Origin: a virus
Lineage: Duplodnaviria; Caudoviricetes
Virus record (IMG/VR): IMGVR_UViG_3300037247_001786
Span: 1 to 64,000 of that record
Strand: one strand, 5' to 3'
DNA length: 64,000 nucleotides
Shown here: in pieces, positions 9,490 to 18,592 of the stretch
Numbering within the stretch: the first letter of the stretch is position 1
How the letters are laid out: each line of letters begins with the position of its first letter
Notes under the pieces: generated by a model
Seen by the model: only the letters and a program-made list of their open reading frames with translations
Told to the model about the DNA's origin: nothing
Databases searched by the model: none
Program-made: the position numbers and the translations under genes

Positions 9490-10236
9490 CTAATTATCTG
9501 TTATGTCTATTGCACTATCTGGTCCATCTGTTTGCATTGTTGGAGGATTATCCTCTAAATCTATATTCTCGAAGAAATCCACTTCGTTATTGACATTGGC
9601 TGTTGATATCCCCTTAGTATTGGCTTGGGAATAGCTCTGTGCTCTACCGTAACGTGCTTGCGACATTGAGGTGAATGCTCTCGTCGTTCCTTCTACCCCA
9701 GCGTCATACGCCATCGTGTTGCCTCTGGAGATACCCATAGCTTCTGCTACATTAAAGACATCATCCCCACAACCTACGAAAGCAACTGTCCACTGTCCTG
9801 CTTCTTGAATTTCTTCGATAAGTTCTTTGACTTGACTGCCGGAATACTCTCTTGAAACGTTTTCTGATCCATCTGTGAAAATAGTTACAACTACATTGGC
9901 ACTTCTTGACGCCAGTTCGTCTTTGATTTGATCTTTAAGCTTATCGATTCCCATACCAACCGCGTCATATAGGGCTGTCATTCCTCCAGGAGCATAAGAT
10001 GTTTGATTGAAATCTTCTATATCGGTTATCTTACTATTCCAAATTTGATCAGTATCTACGTTATTGTTAAAAGTAACAAAACAGACTATTTGTTCTTGAT
10101 CTAAGAAGTCTTCTTCAGCCTTCTTAATTGACCCCAATTGTTCGTTTAAGCCTGAGATAGTTACATCTCTGACGCTGCCCATCGAACCGCTTTTGTCTAA
10201 AATCATTAAATGATACGTTTTTTGTTTTTTACTCAT
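9490..10236 (-). CDS. vWA domain protein
   Basis: MIDAS ILDKSGSM, GGMTALYDA, IFTDGSEN. Confidence 0.88.
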   Translation of the reverse strand: MSKKQKTYHLMILDKSGSMGSVRDVTISGLNEQLGSIKKAEEDFLDQEQIVCFVTFNNNVDTDQIWNSKITDIEDFNQTSYAPGGMTALYDAVGMGIDKLKDQIKDELASRSANVVVTIFTDGSENVSREYSGSQVKELIEEIQEAGQWTVAFVGCGDDVFNVAEAMGISRGNTMAYDAGVEGTTRAFTSMSQARYGRAQSYSQANTKGISTANVNNEVDFFENIDLEDNPPTMQTDGPDSAIDITDN

Positions 10237-10282
10237 AAGATTACTCTCCTTTTACTAAACTTTTACTCTTCTCTAACTCTAT

Positions 10283-10311
10283 ATGATAACTAACATAGTT
10301 ATCACTTTCAA
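10283..10311 (-). promoter_or_regulatory. Sigma70-type promoter, TTGAAA-GTGAT...-TATCAT
   Basis: On the minus strand: TTGAAA gtgataactatgttagt TATCAT, upstream of the vWA gene. Confidence 0.6.
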
Positions 10312-10319
10312 CACATTTT

Positions 10320-10688
10320 TTAATTATCTCCGTGAATTTCGATATATTCTCCGAAAAACACTTGTGCCACTACTTTATCGCCTTCTCTTACTACAATAAT
10401 TTTACTTTCACTTTCGCTTTTAGTTCTTTGATCGAATATGAATCTTTTATTAAGATTATGCATATCTGCATCATAAATAGAAATGATAACAACTTTATCT
10501 ATTTTTTCTACTCCATGTTTTGCACAATACTCTTGCACTTCGTTAATTACAGTACTTTTCAGATCAAAATCTTTGTCATTAGATTCTGTCAAAACGACCC
10601 CATTCATTTCTAGAAGAATATCTTCGGAATTTAAAGGGGCTTGTATCCTCTCAATAAATTTATTTATAAGCTTTTTAATTACTTTCAT
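10320..10688 (-). CDS. Hypothetical protein
   Basis: ORF with RBS, co-oriented with the array. Confidence 0.65.
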   Translation of the reverse strand: MKVIKKLINKFIERIQAPLNSEDILLEMNGVVLTESNDKDFDLKSTVINEVQEYCAKHGVEKIDKVVIISIYDADMHNLNKRFIFDQRTKSESESKIIVVREGDKVVAQVFFGEYIEIHGDN

Positions 10689-10702
10689 TAGTATTTTAAC
10701 TC

Positions 10703-11119
10703 CTAGTCATGCCAAGCTTCTTCAAAAGTCCCGCAGACGGTTTTCTCGCCGAAAAGTTCTTTCATTTTAGATTGTATTCTCTCTTTAAATTGTAAACCAG
10801 TTTCATCATCTTCAATATTTGACCATGGAATCCCTATGGTAACTTCTCCGCTATCCCAAGGGTCATAACTTTCGAATCCTTTAAAATATCTTTGGTCACA
10901 TTTTTTCTTAGCCTCTTCTTCGGACATACCATCTCGTTTCAAGCGATACTTATACGTCCAGTCATCTAGAAACTCGTTACAGCCGTCTTTTAATTGATCT
11001 TCAGTAGCTATTCCTTTGTCGATTAAAACCTCTCTTAGCTCTCCTTCATCTACACTTATACCATATATACAGAAACTACTTGAGCTACTGTTACTTACAA
11101 AACCTTTTCTAATCTTCAT
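10703..11119 (-). CDS. MKIR-tag family protein 13
   Basis: MKIRKGFVSNSSSSSFCIYG; C-terminal IEDDETG..FKE..LFG..C. Confidence 0.85.
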   Translation of the reverse strand: MKIRKGFVSNSSSSSFCIYGISVDEGELREVLIDKGIATEDQLKDGCNEFLDDWTYKYRLKRDGMSEEEAKKKCDQRYFKGFESYDPWDSGEVTIGIPWSNIEDDETGLQFKERIQSKMKELFGEKTVCGTFEEAWHD

Positions 11120-11128
11120 TTTTACTCC

Positions 11129-11482
11129 TTATCCATTATAAATTACTTCTTCGATTTCTTGGCATTCTTTTTTCTCGCCAAATAATTTTTCTACTTGTGT
11201 TTCAATGCTTTCTTTAAATTTACCACCTGTTTCTTCGTCTCCGATAGATGAATAATATCTCCCGACATAAACTACGCCTGCGTCAAAATAAACGCGGGCG
11301 TCGAGACCCATAATATCCGCCGCCTCTATAGTCTCACTTGATCCATCTTGCTCAAGTTCTTCTTTTGATATCAATTCTTTCTCTAAAAGCAATTCCTCTA
11401 GATCAACCATATCGAGACTTACTCCATACATGTGAAAACTACTTGAACTACTATTGCTTACAAAACCTTGTCTAATCTTCAT
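11129..11482 (-). CDS. MKIR-tag family protein 12
   Basis: MKIRQGFVSNSSSSSFHMYG; C-terminal IGDEETG..FKE..LFG..C. Confidence 0.85.
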   Translation of the reverse strand: MKIRQGFVSNSSSSSFHMYGVSLDMVDLEELLLEKELISKEELEQDGSSETIEAADIMGLDARVYFDAGVVYVGRYYSSIGDEETGGKFKESIETQVEKLFGEKKECQEIEEVIYNG

Positions 11483-11491
11483 ATTTACTCC

Positions 11492-11857
11492 TTAACTTTG
11501 TACAGTCTCTTCAATAAAATTACAATTATAATCTGTACCAAAGAATTTTATTATTTTTTCTTCTACAGCGTCTTTAAATTGTTTCCCTGTCTCATCATCT
11601 CCTATAGTCGTAAATTCTCTACCTATATAGAATTCGTCACAAGATTCTCCATTGTAGAAAAAAGAGAACTCTGTTCCCATTTGAACTCCGACTACCTTAT
11701 CCACATCATACCAATCTACATCCTCTTCCCAATAGTCTATATTGTAGTTTGTGTCATCTGGTAAAAATTGTTTTAAATCTTCGGCTATGATTGATGCTCC
11801 ATATATAGCAAAACTACTTGAACTACTATTACTTACAAATCCATTTCTAATTTTCAT
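11492..11857 (-). CDS. MKIR-tag family protein 11 (start corrected to 11857)
   Basis: MKIRNGFVSNSSSSSFAIYG; C-terminal IGDDETG..FK..FFG..C. Confidence 0.85.
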   Translation of the reverse strand: MKIRNGFVSNSSSSSFAIYGASIIAEDLKQFLPDDTNYNIDYWEEDVDWYDVDKVVGVQMGTEFSFFYNGESCDEFYIGREFTTIGDDETGKQFKDAVEEKIIKFFGTDYNCNFIEETVQS

Positions 11858-12332
11858 TTTCTTTTTTTTCCTTAATAAATTTCTTAAGTTCAGTTTGGTT
11901 GCCAAACCTATCTTTTAATTCAGATAAAATAAGTATATCTGTCGTCCCTTTTTCTATTTTAAGATATTCATATCCTATTTCTTTATCCAGTAACGTAAAG
12001 TTGCATAAAGGGCATATCTCGACAGGAACTTCATAACGCATTTCGCTTTCTACGCAATTATCATCAGCATATTCTTCGAAATCGTCATCATTCATTGCCT
12101 TTACTTCTTCTTTTTCTTCATCTGAGGCATATCCATCTAGCACGTATTTACGCATTGCTTCTACATTGATAACATCTTTTGTATGGCTTCCGCAATATGT
12201 ATGTCCGTTTACGCATTCGAACATATCTGCATCTTCAAGTCCTAGATCCATGCCGCAGGCATTTTCACCACAAACGTTACATGTAAAACTACTTGAACTA
12301 CTATTACTTACAAACCCTTTTCTAATTTTCAT
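11847..12332 (-). CDS. MKIR-tag family protein 10, Cys-rich (start corrected to 12332)
   Basis: MKIRKGFVSNSSSSSFTCNVCGENAC...CVNGHTYC...CPLC. Confidence 0.85.
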   Translation of the reverse strand: MKIRKGFVSNSSSSSFTCNVCGENACGMDLGLEDADMFECVNGHTYCGSHTKDVINVEAMRKYVLDGYASDEEKEEVKAMNDDDFEEYADDNCVESEMRYEVPVEICPLCNFTLLDKEIGYEYLKIEKGTTDILILSELKDRFGNQTELKKFIKEKKENEN

Positions 12333-12507
12333 AATTATCTCCTGATAACATATCATCTATTTCTAAAATTTGATCATCTATCTCTTGGTGAGTAGAACAG
12401 GTAAAGACCCAACTTTCTCCTTCTTCAGGAGGATATTTTTCTTGTAAATGCTGTTTATACTCTTCCCATTTTTTTTTCAACTTGCCAAAATCTTTTTTAA
12501 AACTCAT
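12322..12507 (-). CDS. Small hypothetical protein inside the array, without the tag
   Basis: Fills the gap in the array; its stop overlaps the next MKIR start by 11 bp. Confidence 0.65.
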   Translation of the reverse strand: MSFKKDFGKLKKKWEEYKQHLQEKYPPEEGESWVFTCSTHQEIDDQILEIDDMLSGDNYEN

Positions 12508-12516
12508 AATTATCTC

Positions 12517-12960
12517 CTAGCAACTCCTCGTTCCATATATAATTCTTATCTTAGCCTCTGGCGAGACTTTATCTTTTAGTTCTTTTATTCTTAGATAATC
12601 GCTATCGCTTTCATCGCAGACAATTTCTCCACTATCAAAATAACTACCATCGGTCTCTGCTAACATCAATGCGACAACACTATCATCCTCACCTACTCCA
12701 TCCTGACTTCCGGTTAAAACTCTTATTCCTTTTTTATCTATTTCCCAACAAAATGTTTCTCGTTCTGCTTCAGGTATATTCTCTTCTTTATAATATTCGC
12801 TGGCAGCATATTCTTCCATTTCTTTATTGAACTCTTCTTCTGCTCCTAAAGATATTGCCATCTTTCTATATATCCCACTATCTTTATCGTCGAAAGAAAA
12901 GCCTAAAGCTACGAAACTTGAACTACTTGAATTACTTACAAAACCTTGTCTAATCTTCAT
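12517..12960 (-). CDS. MKIR-tag family protein 9
   Basis: MKIRQGFVSNSSSSSFVALG. Confidence 0.85.
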   Translation of the reverse strand: MKIRQGFVSNSSSSSFVALGFSFDDKDSGIYRKMAISLGAEEEFNKEMEEYAASEYYKEENIPEAERETFCWEIDKKGIRVLTGSQDGVGEDDSVVALMLAETDGSYFDSGEIVCDESDSDYLRIKELKDKVSPEAKIRIIYGTRSC

Positions 12961-13020
12961 TTTTTTTCTACCTAAATAATAATTGTTAAGATAACATTAA
13001 AATCTATTTGTAATCACTTT

Positions 13021-13584
13021 TCAATCTATTTTTACGATTCTCTCATCTTCAGTATGACAATCCATAATATAATAATTTTCATTCTCCATATCTTCGTCTA
13101 TCTCGTATATCTCTTTTTGCAGATTTTCTATTTCTTTTTCCGCCAACATCCTTCTTTCATACATAGATTGTATGTTCTCTGGTATCTTCATATCTATGCA
13201 TAAATATGTAGCTGCAAATTGTTTATAAGTTGTGGTTTGATAATCATCTGAAGCTATTATGTTAATAATATCAAAATCGTCATATTCATTAGGTAGATCC
13301 ATGGGGTTGAAAGATTGACAATTTGATATACATATATCTGATCTCAAAAATGAAATCTCTTTTTTTTGTCCATGTTTAAGATATTTTTCTATCATTTTTT
13401 TATTAACTATAAAATAATCAGCCGTAGAACCTGTTTTATCATTGCTATAAGAACAGGCAAAGAGGCTCTTCTTTTTTATTAATTTTTCATATTCATTTTT
13501 CAGTTCTACATCAGATAGTCTTTTACCGATAACGATAAAACTACTTGAACTGCTATTGCTTATAAAGCCATTTCTAATTTTCAT
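13021..13584 (-). CDS. MKIR-tag family protein 8
   Basis: MKIRNGFISNSSSSSFIVIG; body resembles 16338..16844. Confidence 0.85.
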   Translation of the reverse strand: MKIRNGFISNSSSSSFIVIGKRLSDVELKNEYEKLIKKKSLFACSYSNDKTGSTADYFIVNKKMIEKYLKHGQKKEISFLRSDICISNCQSFNPMDLPNEYDDFDIINIIASDDYQTTTYKQFAATYLCIDMKIPENIQSMYERRMLAEKEIENLQKEIYEIDEDMENENYYIMDCHTEDERIVKID

Positions 13585-13585
13585 T

Positions 13586-13987
13586 TTATGATCCCCGAAA
13601 AGTTTCTGAATGTATTTTAGGTGTGGGTAGTTTTAATTTTTTTACAATATCATCGAACTTTGTTTTTTTATCTTCATCAGGTTCTGGATATTTAAAATCT
13701 TCCCATCTTTGTGTTGGAGGCATGTAATGATCTATCTCTCCCCCTGCTGATCCTAATCCAAAAACTTGCAATCCATTAGAATTTCTAGTGCAGACGATAT
13801 CCCATTCTGGTCCATCCCATTCATCTTCTATATTTTCACAAAACTTATCTCCATCTATAGTTATTTCTACCCCAGAAAAAGCAGGACATAGTTCTGCGAA
13901 ATGTTTAGACATATCCTCCTCTGACCAACCATAGATGGTAAAGCTTGAGCTACTACTATTACTTACAAATCCATTTCTAATTTTCAT
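13586..13987 (-). CDS. MKIR-tag family protein 7
   Basis: MKIRNGFVSNSSSSSFTIYG. Confidence 0.85.
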   Translation of the reverse strand: MKIRNGFVSNSSSSSFTIYGWSEEDMSKHFAELCPAFSGVEITIDGDKFCENIEDEWDGPEWDIVCTRNSNGLQVFGLGSAGGEIDHYMPPTQRWEDFKYPEPDEDKKTKFDDIVKKLKLPTPKIHSETFRGS

Positions 13988-13989
13988 AA

Positions 13990-14406
13990 TTAATATCCTG
14001 CATCATTTTCCATTGAGAAATTATCACCTTCTACTTTAAAATCAGCGTAACAGAGTAAACACTGAATAGGTCCATCTCCGTTATCAGAGAACCCACCTTG
14101 ATAGTAATCAAACTCATCATCTGCCATTGCTTGTAAACGTTCTTGTTCTCCTGTCGAGGCGTCTGGGTGTTCTTCATTCCATTCTTTTTCAAATTTCAAA
14201 TCACTAATGTATTCGTTCTTATCTCCTTTGCTTTCCATGAGAGTATCGATAATATCCTGTCTGAAATTTGGCAGAAAGAACCCTTCCATTTTGCCAACTT
14301 GTTTTTCTATTATCAAACGGATTTCTTCTTCTGTCGTCCCTTTAGGAACACAAAGAGTAAAAGAACTACTTGAACTATTGCTTACAAAACCTTGTCTAAT
14401 CTTCAT
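13990..14406 (-). CDS. MKIR-tag family protein 6
   Basis: MKIRQGFVSNSSSSSFTLCV. Confidence 0.85.
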   Translation of the reverse strand: MKIRQGFVSNSSSSSFTLCVPKGTTEEEIRLIIEKQVGKMEGFFLPNFRQDIIDTLMESKGDKNEYISDLKFEKEWNEEHPDASTGEQERLQAMADDEFDYYQGGFSDNGDGPIQCLLCYADFKVEGDNFSMENDAGY

Positions 14407-14409
14407 TTT

Positions 14410-15024
14410 TTATCTCCTTAAATCTTTTATATAACTATATCCGTCTTCAGATTCGAATTCCAAACGACCACGATAGTCTTCGAATTCACTATCATCTAGT
14501 TCATAAGGATTGTCTTTGATTGGACCATCGAGAAGATATTCTTTCTCTGCACAATCTTCTGGCAATTCGTTGTACCACTTTATAGATTCATTTCTTTTTT
14601 TCGCGAAAACTTTAAGTGCTTCTGGACTTGAGGACATTTCAACAATACCAGGAGAAGTTATTTCAAGAGCAGTGATATCAATTCCTATCTTCTCCATAAA
14701 TAGACCTATCGTCCCATTCCACATCAGAGTTCCCCCTGTGAGCAGACTGCCATCTAATTCTATCCTAGTAGTCCAAGTAGAGTCCAACCATTCCCCTGCT
14801 TCTATCATATCATTATATATTTTATGATATTCGTCATCTCTGGGGTAATCATCAACTGGATTGATAAGACTATTAATGCCGCTGATTCCAGCTAGATTCT
14901 TTTTTAAATCTTTACTATCATCGATACTGAGAAGCATTTCCGTCTGTTCATCTGTTAAGAATGACATAGGGATAGCAAAAGAAGAGCTAGAGCTATTACT
15001 TACAAATCCATTTCTAATTTTCAT
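14410..15024 (-). CDS. MKIR-tag family protein 5
   Basis: MKIRNGFVSNSSSSSFAIPM. Confidence 0.85.
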   Translation of the reverse strand: MKIRNGFVSNSSSSSFAIPMSFLTDEQTEMLLSIDDSKDLKKNLAGISGINSLINPVDDYPRDDEYHKIYNDMIEAGEWLDSTWTTRIELDGSLLTGGTLMWNGTIGLFMEKIGIDITALEITSPGIVEMSSSPEALKVFAKKRNESIKWYNELPEDCAEKEYLLDGPIKDNPYELDDSEFEDYRGRLEFESEDGYSYIKDLRR

Positions 15025-15035
15025 TTTTTACATCC

Positions 15036-15569
15036 TTAGTGATAGCTAGTTTGTATATGTTTTAATCTATTAAATATCTTTGAATGTTCAAGCATACTTT
15101 CGAATTCTCCGTCATTGTCAGAGAACGTCATAACTGTTATGAATTTATCTTTGTGTTCTTTGATAAAAGCATCAGCGATTTCGGAAGCTCGTTGATCATT
15201 AATTCTATCTCGTTCATCCCATATCTCTCTTATTCTTTTTTCGTCTTTTGGAAAACTTAAAGGATGAAGAGGTTCTCCATCATAATGTCCAGGGAATATT
15301 TCAGGTATCAAGTACGAACCGAACCATCCATTTCTGATAGAACTATAAACTTGATTTCTATCAGATTGTTCTGATATATTATCGAAAACCGCTTTAGATA
15401 TATCGACAGTGCTGACATCTTGATGAGTAGCATAACGTCCAGCATAGTGCCACTCTTGTTTTCCGAACATCATTTCTCTTGTCTCTTCAGCAGATTCTGG
15501 TTTGTGCGGAAATACCACAACAAAAGAACTACTACTTGAATTACTTACAAAACCCTTTCTTATCTTCAT
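15036..15569 (-). CDS. MKIR-tag family protein 4
   Basis: MKIRKGFVSNSSSSSFVVVF. Confidence 0.85.
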   Translation of the reverse strand: MKIRKGFVSNSSSSSFVVVFPHKPESAEETREMMFGKQEWHYAGRYATHQDVSTVDISKAVFDNISEQSDRNQVYSSIRNGWFGSYLIPEIFPGHYDGEPLHPLSFPKDEKRIREIWDERDRINDQRASEIADAFIKEHKDKFITVMTFSDNDGEFESMLEHSKIFNRLKHIQTSYH

Positions 15570-15581
15570 CTTTATATTCCA

Positions 15582-15863
15582 TTAATAAAATTCATATTTT
15601 ATGTCGTCTTCTTCTATTCCTATTAAGAGTAAAAATTCTAACATATCAAAATTATCCATAAAAGTGCACATATATACTACTTCTTCTGTTGTCTCAATTG
15701 CCCAAGAATCACTTGTATCTACATATTTAAGTTGAGGAAAATTCTCTATAGCGTATTCTATGTGGTTTTCAATTTTATCTATTTGCTCTTCAGATAGTAC
15801 TCTTTTAGAAATAGTAAAGGAGCTACTTGAGCTATTGCTTACAAATCCATTTCTTATTTTCAT
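15582..15863 (-). CDS. MKIR-tag family protein 3
   Basis: MKIRNGFVSNSSSSSFTISK. Confidence 0.85.
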   Translation of the reverse strand: MKIRNGFVSNSSSSSFTISKRVLSEEQIDKIENHIEYAIENFPQLKYVDTSDSWAIETTEEVVYMCTFMDNFDMLEFLLLIGIEEDDIKYEFY

Positions 15864-16348
15864 TTATTTTCTTCCAAAAACAATTTAACTGAGCGTTCCT
15901 CTACTTTAGGATTTCTATTTATATTTTTCCAAAAATCAACATCATCTTCCGCTCCATACATATCTATTTCGTTTCCAAAGTTAGAAGCATAGATATATAA
16001 ATAAGCATCTTTTTTCATCATTATATAATATTGATCATAGTGACAAGAAGCTCTAAAGGGGATATTATTTTTCATCAAAAAGGCGAGAACTTCATCCTCA
16101 TTACAACTTACACTATAATGCATATAGGTTCCATCTATTGGATCGTCATGTTTAGCCTCTATCACTTTCCAAGAGAAAGGCGAGTTAGTAGTTGTTTTCC
16201 TAAAACCATATTCCTCAAGTAAAGGGATACTTAACTCGTTTACTATCATATTCGTTCTTTTCAATTCTTTATCGAAAAAATCCCCATCTATTTTTACGAT
16301 AAAAGAACTACTTGAACTATTACTTACAAAACCATTTCTAACTTTCAT
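15860..16348 (-). CDS. MKIR-tag family protein 2
   Basis: MKVRNGFVSNSSSSSFIVKI. Confidence 0.85.
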   Translation of the reverse strand: MKVRNGFVSNSSSSSFIVKIDGDFFDKELKRTNMIVNELSIPLLEEYGFRKTTTNSPFSWKVIEAKHDDPIDGTYMHYSVSCNEDEVLAFLMKNNIPFRASCHYDQYYIMMKKDAYLYIYASNFGNEIDMYGAEDDVDFWKNINRNPKVEERSVKLFLEENK

Positions 16349-16844
16349 CTTTTTTCCTCAATTTAGTTTTTCCATCTGTATCTTTATACGCTTCAAGACC
16401 TTCTTTCTCCATCTGTTCTTGCATCTCTTCTATCTTCCTAGCTTGCTCTTTTAAGAATTCAGGATCTTCTGCTGGTGGCAAGTCAAGATATCTTTCTGCA
16501 AATTCTTGTAAGTCATCCTCTCCTACAGAGTGGTAACTTATTTCTATTGGGAAGAATTCTATAGTATTAGCTTTGATATCATCTTTAGAGATTGTTCCCC
16601 CCTCACAGAACATAGCGTCTACATCGAAAAAACTTAATTGACCTCCGTATTCCATAAACATATCAAACATTTTTTGATTGATCAAAAAGAAATCTATGCC
16701 GTCGCAGCAAGAATCATAAGATTGAGCATATATTCTTTTTTCTTTCAATAGTTTAGAAGTGATATCTTTAAGGTATATACTTTTCCCGAATACCACAAAA
16801 CTACTTGAACTGCTATTACTTACAAAGCCTTCTCTAATCTTCAT
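16338..16844 (-). CDS. MKIR-tag family protein 1
   Basis: MKIREGFVSNSSSSSFVVFG. Confidence 0.85.
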   Translation of the reverse strand: MKIREGFVSNSSSSSFVVFGKSIYLKDITSKLLKEKRIYAQSYDSCCDGIDFFLINQKMFDMFMEYGGQLSFFDVDAMFCEGGTISKDDIKANTIEFFPIEISYHSVGEDDLQEFAERYLDLPPAEDPEFLKEQARKIEEMQEQMEKEGLEAYKDTDGKTKLRKKDES

Positions 16845-17340
16845 TATTCTTTCCTTTTTCGGGATAATTATAATTTTGTAATTTTTTTGTCAGATCTTCT
16901 AACATCTCGACAACCATGTTTTTATCATCTATATCTTGCATTTGATCAAAAGAAATATTTTGTAATAAAGTTTCCGTAACGCTTTGCCCGATATAGGCAC
17001 TAACATATTTTTCATTTAATTTTATTAATTCTAGATCTCGGGTGTCTATCGATATCGTCATACTTTGAGGTTTTTTACCTGTAGCGTTATTATGACTCTC
17101 AAAAATTGTAACAACCAGAAAAGGTAAATTAATGGCTTCTATTCTAGCAACTATTCCCTTTAGTCTTTCTAACTCATTTTGAGGTGAAGAGAACAGACCT
17201 TCCCCTCTCATCATAGACATCGGCATAGACATAGGTCCGTCTAGAAAATCATCCGACTGTTCTTTCTGCTTAATATCATAAACAGTGAAAAACATCCCTT
17301 CTTTAAAATCATCTGCTCGTAAAATGCTTGATTTTTTCAT
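16834..17340 (-). CDS. Hypothetical protein between the radical SAM gene and the MKIR array (start corrected to MKKSS at 17340)
   Basis: RBS AGGAG upstream of 17340; its stop overlaps the first MKIR start. Confidence 0.7.
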   Translation of the reverse strand: MKKSSILRADDFKEGMFFTVYDIKQKEQSDDFLDGPMSMPMSMMRGEGLFSSPQNELERLKGIVARIEAINLPFLVVTIFESHNNATGKKPQSMTISIDTRDLELIKLNEKYVSAYIGQSVTETLLQNISFDQMQDIDDKNMVVEMLEDLTKKLQNYNYPEKGKNNED

Positions 17341-17348
17341 TACAGCTC

Positions 17349-18557
17349 CTATACTTCGAAGAGAGGACACTCTCTGCACTTTAAATTGTTATTATCTGCT
17401 GTTGCGAGTAGTTTTTCTCTGAAAGATTTAGTTCTTGGATGGTTCCAAATCTCTTTCATAAAATCATTACAATTAACGACATCAAGACCTTCTCCGAACT
17501 CCCCATCTTCTGAAAACGAACAAGGGAAAAACTTTCCATCGCTATTACAGTATATCGAGAACGCTGAACTCTCACAAGGTTCGCTATACATCTCAAATGT
17601 TTTGAAGTTCTCATGGTCTTCTACTGATTTAAGATATTTGAAAGCCGAACAACTGTCGAATCCTATTCCAACATTATTCTTCATCGCAAAATCAACGATT
17701 TTCTTAAACTTGTCTTGAGCAAGAGGAGTAAAACTTTTTCCTCTTCCCTTCTTTTTAAGAGAAAGGAAAACAATAGCTTTAAGCTTTGACAGTCTTGGGT
17801 CTGTAAGTCTGTCCTGCAGCGTCTCCCATGCATTATCGAAAGTCTCTTCGCTAATCATGCAGTGAATATTCGTTTGCTCTAGTCCCCTATCTGTGAGTTT
17901 CTGTACGGTATCGTAGCATATATCTTTATTCTCATATCTTGAGACCGCTACCGCCCCACACTTCGAAACAAGCTTATCTGCTGTCTCGTCTGTTATTTGT
18001 GCAACTGTAATATTCGGTATAATACCCTTTTCTCTACAGTAGTCCATCATAGCCCAAAGGTCAGGATTAGATTCTGCTTTAGAGTCTGCCCCGAAAGCGA
18101 CTTGAGTCAAGAACGGAACATCTTTAGACTCGAAGTTAGTCCACTTGTCATCTCCGCATCTTTTTCCTATCATCTCTTCAAGTCTCTTACTCGCGACATT
18201 TGAACTCATAAAGACTGTTCTTTCTACGCCATCTTGCTCTGTTATCGTCATTGTCTTTTGCTTATATGTCGGGAAATTATCTATCATTTTTCTAAAAGTT
18301 TCAATTGACATATTTGTTCCGTTAGGAGTATTTGACTTATAGCAAAATTTACATAGATGATCTTTGCCTCCATATCGAAGACCAGAACATTTAGTAGTTA
18401 TTTCGATATCTGCTATTTCTGGTCCAAATGGACTGAATAGAGGGTCATCCTTTTTCTTTTTTCCCCATCTAGCAAAAAACCCTGTCTCTTTGTTAAATGT
18501 ATAGTTATACCCTTTAGAGCGTACTACTTTTTGTTTTGAGGTTTCGAACGTTATCAT
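17349..18557 (-). CDS. Radical SAM enzyme with C-terminal SPASM/twitch-like domain and non-canonical CX11CX2C motif
   Basis: EITTKCSGLRYGGKDHLCKFCY; QVAFG...ESNPDL; C-terminal PCES...YCNSDGKFFPCSF...CRECP. Confidence 0.85.
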   Translation of the reverse strand: MITFETSKQKVVRSKGYNYTFNKETGFFARWGKKKKDDPLFSPFGPEIADIEITTKCSGLRYGGKDHLCKFCYKSNTPNGTNMSIETFRKMIDNFPTYKQKTMTITEQDGVERTVFMSSNVASKRLEEMIGKRCGDDKWTNFESKDVPFLTQVAFGADSKAESNPDLWAMMDYCREKGIIPNITVAQITDETADKLVSKCGAVAVSRYENKDICYDTVQKLTDRGLEQTNIHCMISEETFDNAWETLQDRLTDPRLSKLKAIVFLSLKKKGRGKSFTPLAQDKFKKIVDFAMKNNVGIGFDSCSAFKYLKSVEDHENFKTFEMYSEPCESSAFSIYCNSDGKFFPCSFSEDGEFGEGLDVVNCNDFMKEIWNHPRTKSFREKLLATADNNNLKCRECPLFEV

Positions 18558-18592
18558 ATCTTTCCTTTCAATTGGGAATATCGTTAGCTTTC

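Noticed and set aside
10703-16844. The ~48-nt repeated heads of the MKIR genes as a CRISPR array or integron cassette array
   Set aside because: The repeats are in-frame coding sequence varying at synonymous sites, and the units between them are 280-610 bp complete ORFs. No palindromic attC-like sites, cas genes or integrase are present in the window.
10703-16844. Diversity-generating retroelement behind the variable bodies
   Set aside because: There is no reverse transcriptase and no near-identical TR/VR pair differing only at adenines; the bodies differ in length and throughout.
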